A stretch of DNA of 64,000 nucleotides, taken from positions 26,519-90,518 of the forward strand of contig JAFGGD010000031.1 in NCBI GenBank assembly GCA_016930695.1. The letters are read 5' to 3'. Positions within the stretch are counted from its first letter, which is position 1; each line of letters opens with the position of its first letter. The position numbers were made by a program, and so were the translations under genes. Origin of the DNA: Candidatus Eiseniibacteriota bacterium (GTDB lineage: Bacteria > Orphanbacterota > Orphanbacteria > Orphanbacterales > Orphanbacteraceae). A model generated the notes under the pieces. That model saw nothing but the letters and a program-made list of their open reading frames with translations. It was not told where the DNA came from and did no database searches. Of this stretch, positions 46,086-56,706 are shown in pieces.

Positions 46086-47497
46086 GCGCCTACACCCCCG
46101 AACGCATCGCGGACATTCTTCAAGGGGAGCTTCTCGCCTCGCCCGCTCCTGCGGCCGATTGCCGGGGCGCCTCGGTCGACACCCGCCGGATCCGGCAAGG
46201 GGAGATCTTCTTCGCCCTCGTCGGCGAAAGGACCGACGGGCACCTCTTCGTAGAGGAGGCGTTCCGGAGGGGGGCGGAGGCGGCGGTGGTGCGGCGGTCC
46301 CGCGCGGGCGACCTGCCGGCGACGATCGACCGGGGCCGGGTGGTGGCGGTGGAGGAGCCGGCGGCGGCGCTGGAGAAACTCGCGGCGCATCACCGGGACC
46401 GCCTCGGCGCGCGGGTGCTGGCGGTGACCGGCACGAACGGCAAGACGACCACCAAGGAGCTGATCGCCGCGGCGCTTCGCGGAGCGGGGCGGACGGCATC
46501 GTCGCCGGAAAACTGGAACACGGCGATCGGCGTCTCTCTCGCGATCCTGCGCGTCGAGGAGGGGACCCGTTGGGCGGTGCTCGAACTGGGGATCAGCGCG
46601 CCGGGAGAGATGATCCGTCTCGCGTCCATCGTCCGTCCCGACGCGGCGGTGTTCACGAACGTCCGCGCCGCCCACCTGGAGGGGCTCGGATCGTTGGAGA
46701 ACACGGCGCGGGAGAAGTGCCTGCTCCTCAACCGTCTCGCGCCCGGCGGGGCGGTGTACGCCAACGGCGACGATCCGGTTCTCCTTCGCACGATCCGCCT
46801 GGCCGGGCGGGAGCCGGTCACCTTCGGTTTCTGCCCGGAGTGCGCGATCCGTCCGGAGAAAACCGATCCCTGGGGGGACGAGGGGATCCGCCTCGAGATG
46901 CCCGAGGGCTCCTCCTTTCGAGTCGATTTATACGGAAATCATCAAGTCCCGAATCTACTCGCCGCGATCGCCGTGGCCCGCGGCGAGGGGATTGACGACG
47001 GCGCGATCGCCCGGGGACTGCGAGGATTCACCCCTCCGCCGGGAAGGTTCCGGCCGATCCGGGAGGAGGGAGTCCTCTTTATCGACGACACCTACAACGC
47101 GAATGTCGCTTCCGTCACCGGCGCGATCGAGTTTCTCGCGCGCCGCCCCTCCGGCCGCCGGCACCTTCTGTTCGGCGACATGATGGAGTTGGGCGCGGAG
47201 GAGGAACGGGCCCACCGGGAGGTGGGAATGGCCGCCGCCGGCGCCGGGCTGGACCGGCTCTGGCTCGTCGGGGAACGGACGCGGCACACCGCCGAGGCGG
47301 CCTCCGCCGCCGGCATGCCGCCGGAGCGGATCGTGCGGTGCGGAGAAGACCGAGAGGCGTGGGCGGAGCGGATCGCCGGCGAACTCGAGCCGGGGGACAC
47401 GCTGGTCGCCAAGGCTTCCCGGGCGATGGCGATGGAACGGATTCTCCGCGCGGTGCGCCGGGCCTACTCGGCGGCGGCGCGCGGGAGCGAGGCGTAG
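46082..47497 (+). CDS. murF: UDP-MurNAc-tripeptide:D-Ala-D-Ala ligase MurF.
   Basis: GTGA overlap. AVTGTNGKTTTKE. Mur ligase central and C-terminal domains are present. Confidence 0.9.
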   Translation: MSAYTPERIADILQGELLASPAPAADCRGASVDTRRIRQGEIFFALVGERTDGHLFVEEAFRRGAEAAVVRRSRAGDLPATIDRGRVVAVEEPAAALEKLAAHHRDRLGARVLAVTGTNGKTTTKELIAAALRGAGRTASSPENWNTAIGVSLAILRVEEGTRWAVLELGISAPGEMIRLASIVRPDAAVFTNVRAAHLEGLGSLENTAREKCLLLNRLAPGGAVYANGDDPVLLRTIRLAGREPVTFGFCPECAIRPEKTDPWGDEGIRLEMPEGSSFRVDLYGNHQVPNLLAAIAVARGEGIDDGAIARGLRGFTPPPGRFRPIREEGVLFIDDTYNANVASVTGAIEFLARRPSGRRHLLFGDMMELGAEEERAHREVGMAAAGAGLDRLWLVGERTRHTAEAASAAGMPPERIVRCGEDREAWAERIAGELEPGDTLVAKASRAMAMERILRAVRRAYSAAARGSEA

Positions 47498-48583
47498 ATG
47501 CTTTATCTTTTGCTCTATCCGCTGCGGGACGTCTATTCGTTCCTCAACGTTTTTCGCTACATCACCTTCCGTTCCGCTTACGCGGCCGTCTCGGCGCTGC
47601 TCCTCTGCTTCCTGCTCGGGCCATGGGTGATCCGGCGGCTCCGGGCGAGACAGTTCGTCGAGACGGGGAGCGACCTCACTCCCGACACGCACCGTGCGAA
47701 GCGGGGAACGCCCACGATGGGGGGGATCCTGATCCTCTTCGCGATTCTGCTTCCCACCCTTCTCTGGGCGGACCTCACCAATCGGTACGTGCAGCTCGCC
47801 CTCCTCTCCACGGTCTGGCTCGGAGCCATCGGGCTATTGGACGACTATTTGAAATCGGTCCGTAAGCTCCCGAAGGGGCTGGTGGGACGGTACAAGCTGG
47901 CCGGGCAGATCGGCCTCGGCGTATTCCTCGGCGTGATGCTCGTTCACTTCGCGCCGGAGCCGGAATGGGCGACCAAGACGGCGCTCCCCTTCCTCAAGGA
48001 CCGGACGATCGATTTTCGCTGGTTCTACGTTCCCTTCGTCGTCTTCGTGCTCACCGGGTCGTCGAACGCGGTGAACCTGACCGACGGTCTGGACGGCCTC
48101 GCCATCGGACTCACGGCTCTCGCCGCGTTCACGTTCGGCGTGATGGCCTACGTGGCCGGCCACGCCCAGTTCGCCGGATACCTGAACATTCCTTTCCTGA
48201 AGGGAGTGGGCGAGCTGACCGTCTTCTGCGGCTCTCTGGCCGGGGCGGCGCTCGGCTTCCTCTGGTGGAACACCCATCCGGCCCAGATCTTCATGGGCGA
48301 CACCGGTTCGCTCGCGCTGGGCGGCCTCCTCGCGGTGATCGCCGTGTTCATCAAAATGGAGTTTCTCCTCGCTCTCGTCGGGGGCGTGTTCGTGCTCGAA
48401 GTGCTCTCGGTCATCATCCAGGTGACCTCCTTCCGCTTGCGCGGCAAGAGGGTTTTCCGCATGGCGCCGTTGCACCACCACTTCGAACTGATGAAGTGGC
48501 CCGAGCAGAAAGTGGTGGTCCGATTCTGGATCATCGGAATCCTATTCGCGTTGCTCTCGCTGAGCACGCTGAAGCTGCGGTAA
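47498..48583 (+). CDS. mraY: Phospho-MurNAc-pentapeptide translocase MraY.
   Basis: MLYLLLYPLRD...KRGTPTMGGILIL...NLTDGLDGLAIG. It has 10 TM segments. Confidence 0.9.
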   Translation: MLYLLLYPLRDVYSFLNVFRYITFRSAYAAVSALLLCFLLGPWVIRRLRARQFVETGSDLTPDTHRAKRGTPTMGGILILFAILLPTLLWADLTNRYVQLALLSTVWLGAIGLLDDYLKSVRKLPKGLVGRYKLAGQIGLGVFLGVMLVHFAPEPEWATKTALPFLKDRTIDFRWFYVPFVVFVLTGSSNAVNLTDGLDGLAIGLTALAAFTFGVMAYVAGHAQFAGYLNIPFLKGVGELTVFCGSLAGAALGFLWWNTHPAQIFMGDTGSLALGGLLAVIAVFIKMEFLLALVGGVFVLEVLSVIIQVTSFRLRGKRVFRMAPLHHHFELMKWPEQKVVVRFWIIGILFALLSLSTLKLR

Positions 48584-49965
48584 TGAAAGACGAACCGAAA
48601 CGCACGCTGGTGTTGGGGCTCGCCCGGAGCGGGCGGGGGGCGGTGGACCTCTTGCTCCGCCTCGGGACCCCGCCCATCGGCTATGACCAACGCCGGCCGG
48701 AGGACGACGAGCAGCGCGAGAGGATCCGCCTCTGGGAATCGGAGGGGGCGCGCTTCCTTTTCGGTGAGCCGGATGCATCGATGCTGAGCGGCGTGGACCG
48801 CGTGGTGGTCAGCCCCGGCCTGCCGCCCGGCCACCTCCTCCTCGAGGAGGCGCGGCGGCGCGGCGTGGAGATCATCGCGGAGATCGAACTCGCTTTTCGC
48901 GTCATGGATGCGCGGCTCACCGCCGTGACCGGCACCAACGGCAAGTCGACCACCACGACGCTCATCGGCGAGATCCTGAAGCGGGACGGGCGGCGGACCG
49001 CCGTGGCGGGGAACATCGGTCGTCCCCTCTGCGACGCGGTCGGTCCCTACCGTGACTTCGACGAGATCGTGGCGGAGATCTCCAGCTTCCAGCTCGAGGG
49101 GGTGGAACGTTTCCGCCCGCGCCTCTCGGTGCTGCTGAACGTGACCGAGGACCACCTGGATCGACACGGCACATTCGAAGAATACCTTCGCCTCAAGGGG
49201 CGTGTTTTCGAGAACCAGCGAGAGGGGGACTGGGCGGTCCTCAATTACGACGATCCCGCCTGCCGGCGCATGGTCCGCAAGGGAGGAGCGCGGACGGCGT
49301 GGATCAGCCGGACCGCGCAGGGCGGATTCCCCGGCGTCTACCTGCGATACGGCGAGATTCTCTCCACGCTGGGCGGGGACGAGGAACTCGTCGGGTTGGA
49401 GAGGGACATCGCCGTGCCCGGTCCGCACAACCGGACCAACGCCCTCGCCGCGACGGCGATCGCGAAAATCCTCGGCGTGCCGAACAACGTGATTCGGACC
49501 ACGCTTCGCGAGTTCCCCGGCCTGGAGCACCGGCTCGAGCGTGTGGAGACGGTGCGGGGGATCCACTTCATCAACGACTCGAAGGCGACCAACGTGGAGT
49601 CGGTTTATTACGCGCTGCAGAGTTTCGACGCGCCGATCGTCTGGATCGCCGGCGGCCGGCCGAAGAAACCGACCTTCGATACCCTTCGGGATCTGGTGGC
49701 GATTCACGTGCGCTCGATGGTGCTGATCGGCGAGGCGCGGCGGCTGCTCGAGGAGGCTTTCCCCGACGTGTCGGACCGTTACTACGCCGATTCGATGGAG
49801 CAGGCGGTGCGGATCGCCTACCGGGTCGCCCGGAAGGGGGACGTGGTCCTCCTATCGCCGGGATGCACCAGCTTCGACTGGTATCACGATTTCGAGGAGC
49901 GTGGCCGGGACTTCAAGAGCGAGGTCCGCGCCCTGGCGGAGAGGGAGAAGCATGACGAGGCGTGA
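48583..49965 (+). CDS. murD: UDP-MurNAc-L-Ala:D-Glu ligase MurD.
   Basis: AVTGTNGKSTTTTLIGEIL. The start overlaps the mraY stop. Confidence 0.9.
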   Translation: MKDEPKRTLVLGLARSGRGAVDLLLRLGTPPIGYDQRRPEDDEQRERIRLWESEGARFLFGEPDASMLSGVDRVVVSPGLPPGHLLLEEARRRGVEIIAEIELAFRVMDARLTAVTGTNGKSTTTTLIGEILKRDGRRTAVAGNIGRPLCDAVGPYRDFDEIVAEISSFQLEGVERFRPRLSVLLNVTEDHLDRHGTFEEYLRLKGRVFENQREGDWAVLNYDDPACRRMVRKGGARTAWISRTAQGGFPGVYLRYGEILSTLGGDEELVGLERDIAVPGPHNRTNALAATAIAKILGVPNNVIRTTLREFPGLEHRLERVETVRGIHFINDSKATNVESVYYALQSFDAPIVWIAGGRPKKPTFDTLRDLVAIHVRSMVLIGEARRLLEEAFPDVSDRYYADSMEQAVRIAYRVARKGDVVLLSPGCTSFDWYHDFEERGRDFKSEVRALAEREKHDEA

Positions 49966-51139
49966 TGAAGTCCGGACGGACGGATTCACCGGTGAGCGGA
50001 CCGGACCGGACCGTGTGCTGTTCGTGGTCGTGCTGATGCTCGTCGCCATCGGCATCGTGGCGGTTTTCAGCGCCAGCGCTTTCCGCGCCGCCGAGGTGTA
50101 CCGGGACGCCGCATTTTTCCTCGAGCGGCACCTGATCCGCGTGGCCTTCGCGCTGGTCGGCTGCGCCCTCGCCTATCGCAGCGATTATCGGTATCTGACC
50201 CGGCACTCCCGGCCGCTCCTTCTGCTCGGCATCGCCCTGCTGGTGGCGGTGCTCCTGGTCGGCTGGGAGGACGACGTGCGCGGCGGCCGCCGCTGGATCC
50301 GCCTCGGCCCGATCAACCTGCAGCCCAGCGAGGTGGCGAAGCTCCTGGTGGTGGTGTATCTCGCCGATTTCTTGAGCCGTAAACAGGAGCACCTCGCTAG
50401 TTTCCGGCGGATCGCCGTGCCGGTGGTGATCGTGCTCAGCCTGGTGGCGGTCCTGATCGCGCTCCAGAGAAACCTCTCCGGCGTTTTCCACGTCGCGCTC
50501 CTCGCGACGGTCCTTCTCTTCCTCGGCGGCGCCAAGATCCGGCACCTGTTCGTGCTCGGTCTTCTCTTCTCCGTCGTGGCGGGCGCCTCCGTGGCCCGCA
50601 ATCCCTATCAACGCGGGCGGATCGAAGCCTTCTTGAACGGCCGGCAGGACCTGCAGGTCGCCGACTACCAGGTGGATCAGTCGCTGATCGCCCTCGGCTC
50701 CGGCGGCTGGACCGGCGTCGGAGTGGGACAGTCCAAGCAGAAGTTTTTCTTTCTCCCCGATTCCCACACCGATTTCGTGCTCGGCATCGTCGGCGAGGAA
50801 CTGGGCTTCGTCGGCGCCGGCGGTGTGATGGTGCTTTTCCTGCTCTTCGGGTGGAGAGGTGCGCGGATCGCCGTGCGCGCGCCGGACACGGCGGGCCGGC
50901 TGTTGGCCGCCGGGATCACCCTGCTGGTGTTTCTCTACGCCATGCTGAATATCGCGGTCGTTACCGGAGCGGCGCCCACAACCGGCGTGCCGCTCCCCTT
51001 CGTGAGCTACGGCGGATCGTCCCTTCTGGTCACCCTCGTCGGGTCGGGGATTCTGTTGAACATTTCGCGCCACGCCTATCGGCGCTCCTGGGCGACGGCG
51101 GAGACGGCGAAGAGGCGCCTCGGAAACGGAGAACGATGA
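49952..51139 (+). CDS. ftsW: Peptidoglycan glycosyltransferase FtsW (SEDS family).
   Basis: Ten TM segments. SEDS motifs LGPINLQPSEVAKL and PDSHTDFVLGIVGEELGFVGA. It overlaps murD by 14 nt. Confidence 0.85.
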   Translation: MTRRDEVRTDGFTGERTGPDRVLFVVVLMLVAIGIVAVFSASAFRAAEVYRDAAFFLERHLIRVAFALVGCALAYRSDYRYLTRHSRPLLLLGIALLVAVLLVGWEDDVRGGRRWIRLGPINLQPSEVAKLLVVVYLADFLSRKQEHLASFRRIAVPVVIVLSLVAVLIALQRNLSGVFHVALLATVLLFLGGAKIRHLFVLGLLFSVVAGASVARNPYQRGRIEAFLNGRQDLQVADYQVDQSLIALGSGGWTGVGVGQSKQKFFFLPDSHTDFVLGIVGEELGFVGAGGVMVLFLLFGWRGARIAVRAPDTAGRLLAAGITLLVFLYAMLNIAVVTGAAPTTGVPLPFVSYGGSSLLVTLVGSGILLNISRHAYRRSWATAETAKRRLGNGER

Positions 51140-52293
51140 ACGTGCTCTTTGCGGGCGGGGGAACGGGCGGCCACCTTTTTCCGGCGGTGGCCGTGATCGA
51201 GGCGCTTCGGGAGACGGCGCCGGAGGCGCGGCCCCTCTTCGTGCTCGGCGGAAGTCGCGGCGCGTCGCTGTTGGAGCGCTACGGGATCGCCTGGCGATCC
51301 ATCCCGGTGCGCGGTATGCCCCGGGGAGGCGCCGCGCGTATGCCCCTCTTCGCCCTCCGGCTCGTCGCGGGAACTGTCGCGAGTCTGGCGCTGACGGCGC
51401 GGCTCCGGCCGGCGGCGGTGCTCGCCATGGGGGGGTACGCGAGCACGCCGGTCGCCTTCGCGGCGCGGTTGCTCGGACGGCCGGTCTTCGCGGCCGAGCA
51501 GAACGCGGTGGCCGGCGTCGCCACGCGGTGGAACGCGCGCTTCGCCCGGCGTCTTTTCCTCGGCTATGAGGGGGCGCTCTCCGGAGCGCCGCGCGGCTGC
51601 GCACTGGAGACGACCGGGATACCGGTGCGGCGGGAGATCCTCCGTGGAGATCGTGCCCGCGCTCTCGATCGCTGGGGTCTCGACGGGGACCGCCGCACCG
51701 TGCTCGTGCTCGGCGGCAGCCAGGGGGCGCGCGGACTGAACCGTCTGGTGATCGGCGCGCTCCGGCTTTGGGGCCGGGAGGGGGAGGGGGCGCAGGTCCT
51801 CTTCCAGACAGGGGAGGCGGATTGGGAGACGGTCCGGGATTCCTGCGGCCGGATCGCTCCCCTCGTTCGCCCCCACCCCTTCCTGGACGAGATGGGCGAC
51901 GCCTACGCCGCGGCGGACCTGGTGATCTGTCGCGCCGGCGCGTCCACGTTGGCGGAGATCAACGCCGTCGGGCTCCCCGCGGTCCTGGTCCCCTTCCCAG
52001 CGGCCACGGATCGGCACCAGTCGAAGAACGCGCTCCACCTCGCCCGGAGCGGAGCGGCGATCGCCCGGGAGGAGGAGGAGTGGACGCCGGAGGCGTTGCT
52101 CGTCGCCGTTCAGGGTCTGTTGGAGAATGAAAAGTTGCGGAGTGAAATGGCGAATCGAAGCCGCGCCCTGGGCCGACCGGACGCGGCGGAGCGGATCGCC
52201 GCGAGATTGACGGAGGCGATGGGAAAGGGGAAGAGGCGTGCGCGGACTGACGTTGGTGAAGCCGGCGCCCGCGCCGGAACCGGAGACGAGTGA
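51136..52293 (+). CDS. murG: UDP-GlcNAc:lipid I GlcNAc transferase MurG.
   Basis: MNVLFAGGGTGGHLFPAVAVIEAL. ATGA overlap. Confidence 0.9.
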   Translation: MNVLFAGGGTGGHLFPAVAVIEALRETAPEARPLFVLGGSRGASLLERYGIAWRSIPVRGMPRGGAARMPLFALRLVAGTVASLALTARLRPAAVLAMGGYASTPVAFAARLLGRPVFAAEQNAVAGVATRWNARFARRLFLGYEGALSGAPRGCALETTGIPVRREILRGDRARALDRWGLDGDRRTVLVLGGSQGARGLNRLVIGALRLWGREGEGAQVLFQTGEADWETVRDSCGRIAPLVRPHPFLDEMGDAYAAADLVICRAGASTLAEINAVGLPAVLVPFPAATDRHQSKNALHLARSGAAIAREEEEWTPEALLVAVQGLLENEKLRSEMANRSRALGRPDAAERIAARLTEAMGKGKRRARTDVGEAGARAGTGDE

Positions 52294-53701
52294 AGTGATC
52301 TTCGGACGGGTGCGTCGGATCCATTTGATCGGTATCGGCGGAACCGGGATGAGCGGGATCGCCGAGATCCTCCTTAACCTCGGTTTCGAGGTTTCCGGGT
52401 CGGATCTGGTTTCCACGGATGTGACGGAGAGGCTCGAACGTCTCGGCGCCACGATCGTCCGCGGGCACGGCTCGGCGCTGGTGGAACAGGCGGGCGTGGC
52501 GGTGGTCAGCTCCGCCGTCTCCCGCGAGAACCCCGAAGTGGTTCTCGCCCGCGCGGCGGGCGTGCCGGTGATTCCCCGGGCGGAGCTTCTGGCGGAGCTG
52601 ATGCGCGTCAAGCGGGGCGTCGCCGTCGGGGGCGCCCACGGGAAGACGACCACCACATGGATGATCGGCCTCGTTCTCGCCCGCGCGGATCGGGACCCGA
52701 CGGTGGTGGTGGGCGGGCGGCTGAATCAGCTCGGAACCAACGCCCGGTTGGGCGAAGGGGATCTTCTGGTGGCGGAGGCGGACGAGAGCGACGGCACTTT
52801 CCTGATGTTGGCGCCGGAGCTGGCGGTGGTGACGAACATCGACCGGGAGCATCTCGATTTCTACGAGAACCTGGAGGCGATCAAGGAAGCCTTCGCCCGC
52901 TTCTGCAACCGGGTCCCCTTCTTCGGCGCGGCGGTGGTGAACGGAGACGACCCGGAGCTACGGGCGCTTCTTCCTCGGGTGACCCGCCGGGTCGTCACCT
53001 TCGGCGTCGATCCGGGCGCGGATGTCCGCGCCGAAAAGATCCGGCAGCACGGCCAGGAGAGCCGTTTCACGGTGAGCGTCTCGGGACGGGAACTGGGGGA
53101 GGCGCGCCTCTTCACCCCCGGCCTCCACAACGTGCGCAACGCCCTGGCGGCGATCGCCGTCGGCTTGGAGTTGGAGATCCCCTTCCCGGTCATCGCCGAG
53201 GGTCTCGAGGATTTTCGCGGCATCCACCGTCGGATGGAGGTGAAGGGGGAACACCGGGGCCGCCTGGTGATGGACGATTACGGCCACCACCCGACGGAGG
53301 TGAGGGCGACTCTCGCGGCGCTTCGCGACGCCTATCCGAACCGTCGCCTGGTTGTGGTTTTCCAGCCCCACCGGTTTACGCGGACCGAGCGGCTGGCCGA
53401 GGAGTTCGGCGATGCCTTCGCCGACGCGCACCGCCTTTTTCTTCTCGACGTGTACGCCGCCGGGGAGAGGCCGATTCCGGGTGTCGATTCCGGGCGGATC
53501 GCCGACGCCGTGGAACGCGCCGGCGGGCCGGAGCCGGTCTGGATCCGGGAACGGGAGGAAGCGGTGGAGCGGATCGCCGGCGAGAGCCTGGCGGGCGACC
53601 TGATTCTCACCCTGGGCGCGGGCGACGTTTGGCGAGTCGGCGAGGAGATTTTTCTCGCGCTCACCCGGCGGCCGGGCGGGGGCGGAGGTTTCTTCGGTTG
53701 A
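52238..53701 (+). CDS. murC: UDP-MurNAc:L-Ala ligase MurC.
   Basis: RRIHLIGIGGTGMSGIAEIL; AVGGAHGKTTTTWMIG. The start is ambiguous: the GTG at 52238 overlaps murG by 56 nt, while the in-frame GTG at 52295 does not overlap. Confidence 0.85.
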   Translation: MRGLTLVKPAPAPEPETSEVIFGRVRRIHLIGIGGTGMSGIAEILLNLGFEVSGSDLVSTDVTERLERLGATIVRGHGSALVEQAGVAVVSSAVSRENPEVVLARAAGVPVIPRAELLAELMRVKRGVAVGGAHGKTTTTWMIGLVLARADRDPTVVVGGRLNQLGTNARLGEGDLLVAEADESDGTFLMLAPELAVVTNIDREHLDFYENLEAIKEAFARFCNRVPFFGAAVVNGDDPELRALLPRVTRRVVTFGVDPGADVRAEKIRQHGQESRFTVSVSGRELGEARLFTPGLHNVRNALAAIAVGLELEIPFPVIAEGLEDFRGIHRRMEVKGEHRGRLVMDDYGHHPTEVRATLAALRDAYPNRRLVVVFQPHRFTRTERLAEEFGDAFADAHRLFLLDVYAAGERPIPGVDSGRIADAVERAGGPEPVWIREREEAVERIAGESLAGDLILTLGAGDVWRVGEEIFLALTRRPGGGGGFFG

Positions 53702-53715
53702 TTTTGGTGGTTGAG

Positions 53716-54627
53716 ATGCAAAAGAAAGAAGTCGAGCGGCGGATCAGCGATGCTGTGGAGGGGCGCTGCGAACGGGAAGCGCCGCTGAAGCCGTACACCA
53801 CCTTCCGGATCGGCGGGCCGGCGGACCTTCTGGTCCACGCCCGTACCGAGGAGGAGATTCGCGGCGTGCTCCGGATTCTGGACGGGACGGATGTCCCCCT
53901 GACGGTGCTCGGCGGCGGCTCGAACATACTCGTGCGGGACGGCGGCGTTCGCGGCGTGGTCCTCCGGCCGGAGGGACTCGGTGCAATCGCCGAGCGGGAC
54001 GGCGGAATCGTCGAAGCGGGGGCGGGCGTATCTTTCGGGGCGCTTCTCCGCTTCACGCGCGAGAGGGGGCTCACGGGGTTGGAGTTTCTCGCCGGCATTC
54101 CCGGCGCGGTGGGGGGCGGAATCGCCACGAACGCCGGAGCCTTCGGCACGTCGCTGGGGGAGCGGACCGTGGAAGCGCGTGTCCTGGACCGTCGCGCCGT
54201 CACCCGTTCGATTCCGCGGGAGGAACTCCGTTTCGGCTATCGCCGCTCCGAGCTCCCCGGCGGGGCGGTCGTGGTCGCGGCGACCTTCCACCTCGAGAAG
54301 GACGACCCGAAAGCGGTGGAGGAGCGGATCCGCGCGAACCGCGAAGTCCGGGCGCGCACCCAACCGCTCGACCGGCCGAGCGCGGGCTGCGTTTTCCGAA
54401 ACCCTTCGCCGGACCGGTCCGCGGGGAAACTGATCGATGAGGCGGGTTGCAAGGGGATGCGGGTGGGCGGCGCCGTCGTGTCGCCGGTGCACGCCAACTG
54501 GATCGTGAACGATGGGGGGGCGACGGCGCGGGACGTGCTCGCCCTCCTGGACGAGGTGCGGCGGATCGTGCGGGAAAGGAGCGGCGTGCTCCTGGAGCCG
54601 GAGATTCGCGTGGTGGGTGAGGCATGA
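53716..54627 (+). CDS. murB: UDP-N-acetylenolpyruvoylglucosamine reductase MurB.
   Basis: LKPYTTFRIGGPADLL...LGGGSNIL; the FAD-binding PCMH fold is present. The C-terminus reads SAGCVFRNP. Confidence 0.85.
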   Translation: MQKKEVERRISDAVEGRCEREAPLKPYTTFRIGGPADLLVHARTEEEIRGVLRILDGTDVPLTVLGGGSNILVRDGGVRGVVLRPEGLGAIAERDGGIVEAGAGVSFGALLRFTRERGLTGLEFLAGIPGAVGGGIATNAGAFGTSLGERTVEARVLDRRAVTRSIPREELRFGYRRSELPGGAVVVAATFHLEKDDPKAVEERIRANREVRARTQPLDRPSAGCVFRNPSPDRSAGKLIDEAGCKGMRVGGAVVSPVHANWIVNDGGATARDVLALLDEVRRIVRERSGVLLEPEIRVVGEA

Positions 54628-55376
54628 AGCGAAGACGCCGTTCGCCCTGGAAGAGGAGAGTGGCCGCGGTCGGGTTGCTCGTGGTGGTGGCGGGAGTCTC
54701 CTACGGCTTCGAGCGGGGGCGGGTCTGGCTCGTCGCCGAAGGGCGTTTTCCGATCACCGAGATCCGCGTCGAAGGGAACGACCTCCTCTGGGAGGGGGAG
54801 GTGCTCGAGACGGCGCGGGTGGAGCGGGGGACGAACCTCTTCCGGCTCGATGCGGGCGAAGTGGAGCGGCGGCTCGAGGAGTGGCCCTGGATCCGGAGCG
54901 CGCGGGTCCGGCGCCGCCCGCCGGGGACCGTACGCATCCGGGTGGAGGAGGCGCGCCCCTGGCTGCTCGCCCTGGAGGGCGGGGAGGCTCGTTTCGTGGA
55001 TCGAAGTGGGGTCGAGTTCCCCACGCTCGGCAAGGAGGAGCGGATCGATCTGCCCCTTCTGACCGGCCCGGCGGCGCGGCGAGGCGAGGTGGTGCCCCTT
55101 CTCGCCGCGGCCTTTCCGCCGGATGAGGATTGGGTCTCCCGATGCGCGGCGGAGGTGCGAATCGACAGCAGCGGCGCCGTCGCGTTCCGGGAGATGCGAT
55201 TCGGCGCGAGGGTCCGCTTCGGCGCGGACCGATTCGCGCGGAAGGCGGCGCGGTTGGAATCGGTGCTCCGGGAATGGGAGAGGTGCGGCCGGGGTTTCGG
55301 CGAGTTGGATCTCCGTTTCCGGGACCAGGCGATCGCCCGGGGCGCTCCGCGCGCCCCGCGGGGGCGTTCGCTCTAG
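54624..55376 (+). CDS. ftsQ: Cell-division protein FtsQ/DivIB (TM plus POTRA).
   Basis: ATGA overlap with murB. The TM is VAAVGLLVVVAGV. The POTRA-like segment is ITEIRVEGNDLL...LEEWPWIRSARVRRRPPGTVRIRVEE. Confidence 0.8.
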   Translation: MKRRRRSPWKRRVAAVGLLVVVAGVSYGFERGRVWLVAEGRFPITEIRVEGNDLLWEGEVLETARVERGTNLFRLDAGEVERRLEEWPWIRSARVRRRPPGTVRIRVEEARPWLLALEGGEARFVDRSGVEFPTLGKEERIDLPLLTGPAARRGEVVPLLAAAFPPDEDWVSRCAAEVRIDSSGAVAFREMRFGARVRFGADRFARKAARLESVLREWERCGRGFGELDLRFRDQAIARGAPRAPRGRSL

Positions 55377-55443
55377 GAGGGACGGCGACGCCGCCGTTTT
55401 AGAAACGATCGATGGCGCAAGCAATCGTTACGGGGAGGAGAGG

Positions 55444-56685
55444 ATGGCTGCAGAACGGATGATCACCGGAATCGACATCGGCACGTCGAAGGTGTGCACC
55501 GTCGTCGCCGAGGTTGCCGGGGAGGGCGACCCCGAAATCGTCGGTGTCGGCCTCAGCCGGTCCGAGGGGGTCCGCCGCGGTGTGGTGGTGAACGTGGAGA
55601 AGACGGTGGAGGCGGTGGCCCGCTCCGTTCAGGAAGCGGAACGGATGGCCGGAGTGAAAGTGGACGAAGCCTTCGTGGGAATTTCCGGCCGACATATTCA
55701 GGGAGTGAACAGTTCGGCGGTGATCGCCGTCTCCCGGACCCATGACGAGATCACGCCGGGGGACCTGGAGCGCGTGCTCGACCAGGCCCAGGCGGTTTCC
55801 ATCCCTTCGGACCGGCGGGTGCTCCACGTGCTCCCGCTGGAGTTCGCCGTGGACGACCAGGACGGTATCCGCAACCCGGTGGGGATGTCCGGCATCCGTC
55901 TCGAAACGGAGGTCCACATCATCACCGCGGCGGCGACGTCGGCGCGGAACGTGGAGAAGTGCGTCCACCGCGCCGGCGTGGAGGTGAAGGAACTGGTTCT
56001 CGAAGGGTACGCATCGAGCCACGCCGTGCTCGAGGAGGACGAGCGGGAGCTGGGCGCGGTGCTTCTCGACATCGGCGGAGGGAACACGAACGTCACCCTG
56101 TTTCTGAACGGTTCGATCCATCACACCTCATCGATCGGACTGGGCGGAGAGAACGTAACCAGCGATATCGCCATCGGCCTCCGCACCCCCCTCGCGGAGG
56201 CGGAGGCGCTCAAGATTCACTACGGCCACGCCCTCGCGGCGCAGGCGCCCGCGGACCGGGAGATCCAGGTCCCCGGCATCGGCGGGAGGGCGGATCGGGC
56301 GATCTCGCAGCAGGTGCTCTGCTCCATCATCGAATCCCGGGTCGAGGAGATCCTGGAGCTGGCGTACCGGGAAGCTCGGGGGACGGACCTGCTCGACCTG
56401 ATCGGAGGCGGCGTGGTGGTGACCGGAGGAACGGCGGACCTGCGCGGCGTGGCGGACCTGGTCGAGGCGGTGTTCGAGATGCCGGTCAAGGTCGGCACGC
56501 CCCGTCGGGTGGTCGGTCTCATGGACGAGGTGAACACGTCCCGCTTCTCCACCGCGGTGGGACTCGTGCGGTACGGACGGGAACGGGAGCGCCGTGGCTC
56601 GGTGCGCGCCCCCGTGGCGTTCCGGACCGGCGGCGGGCTGCAGCGAATGGGGAGCTGGCTGAAAGCGGTTGTGAATCAGTTTTAG
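55444..56685 (+). CDS. ftsA: Cell-division protein FtsA.
   Basis: GGAGGAGAGG-ATG. The actin-fold motifs are ITGIDIGTSKVCTVV, GISGRHI and LDIGGGNTNV. Confidence 0.9.
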   Translation: MAAERMITGIDIGTSKVCTVVAEVAGEGDPEIVGVGLSRSEGVRRGVVVNVEKTVEAVARSVQEAERMAGVKVDEAFVGISGRHIQGVNSSAVIAVSRTHDEITPGDLERVLDQAQAVSIPSDRRVLHVLPLEFAVDDQDGIRNPVGMSGIRLETEVHIITAAATSARNVEKCVHRAGVEVKELVLEGYASSHAVLEEDERELGAVLLDIGGGNTNVTLFLNGSIHHTSSIGLGGENVTSDIAIGLRTPLAEAEALKIHYGHALAAQAPADREIQVPGIGGRADRAISQQVLCSIIESRVEEILELAYREARGTDLLDLIGGGVVVTGGTADLRGVADLVEAVFEMPVKVGTPRRVVGLMDEVNTSRFSTAVGLVRYGRERERRGSVRAPVAFRTGGGLQRMGSWLKAVVNQF

Positions 56686-56706
56686 ACGGGTGAAGGAGGA
56701 ATTGCG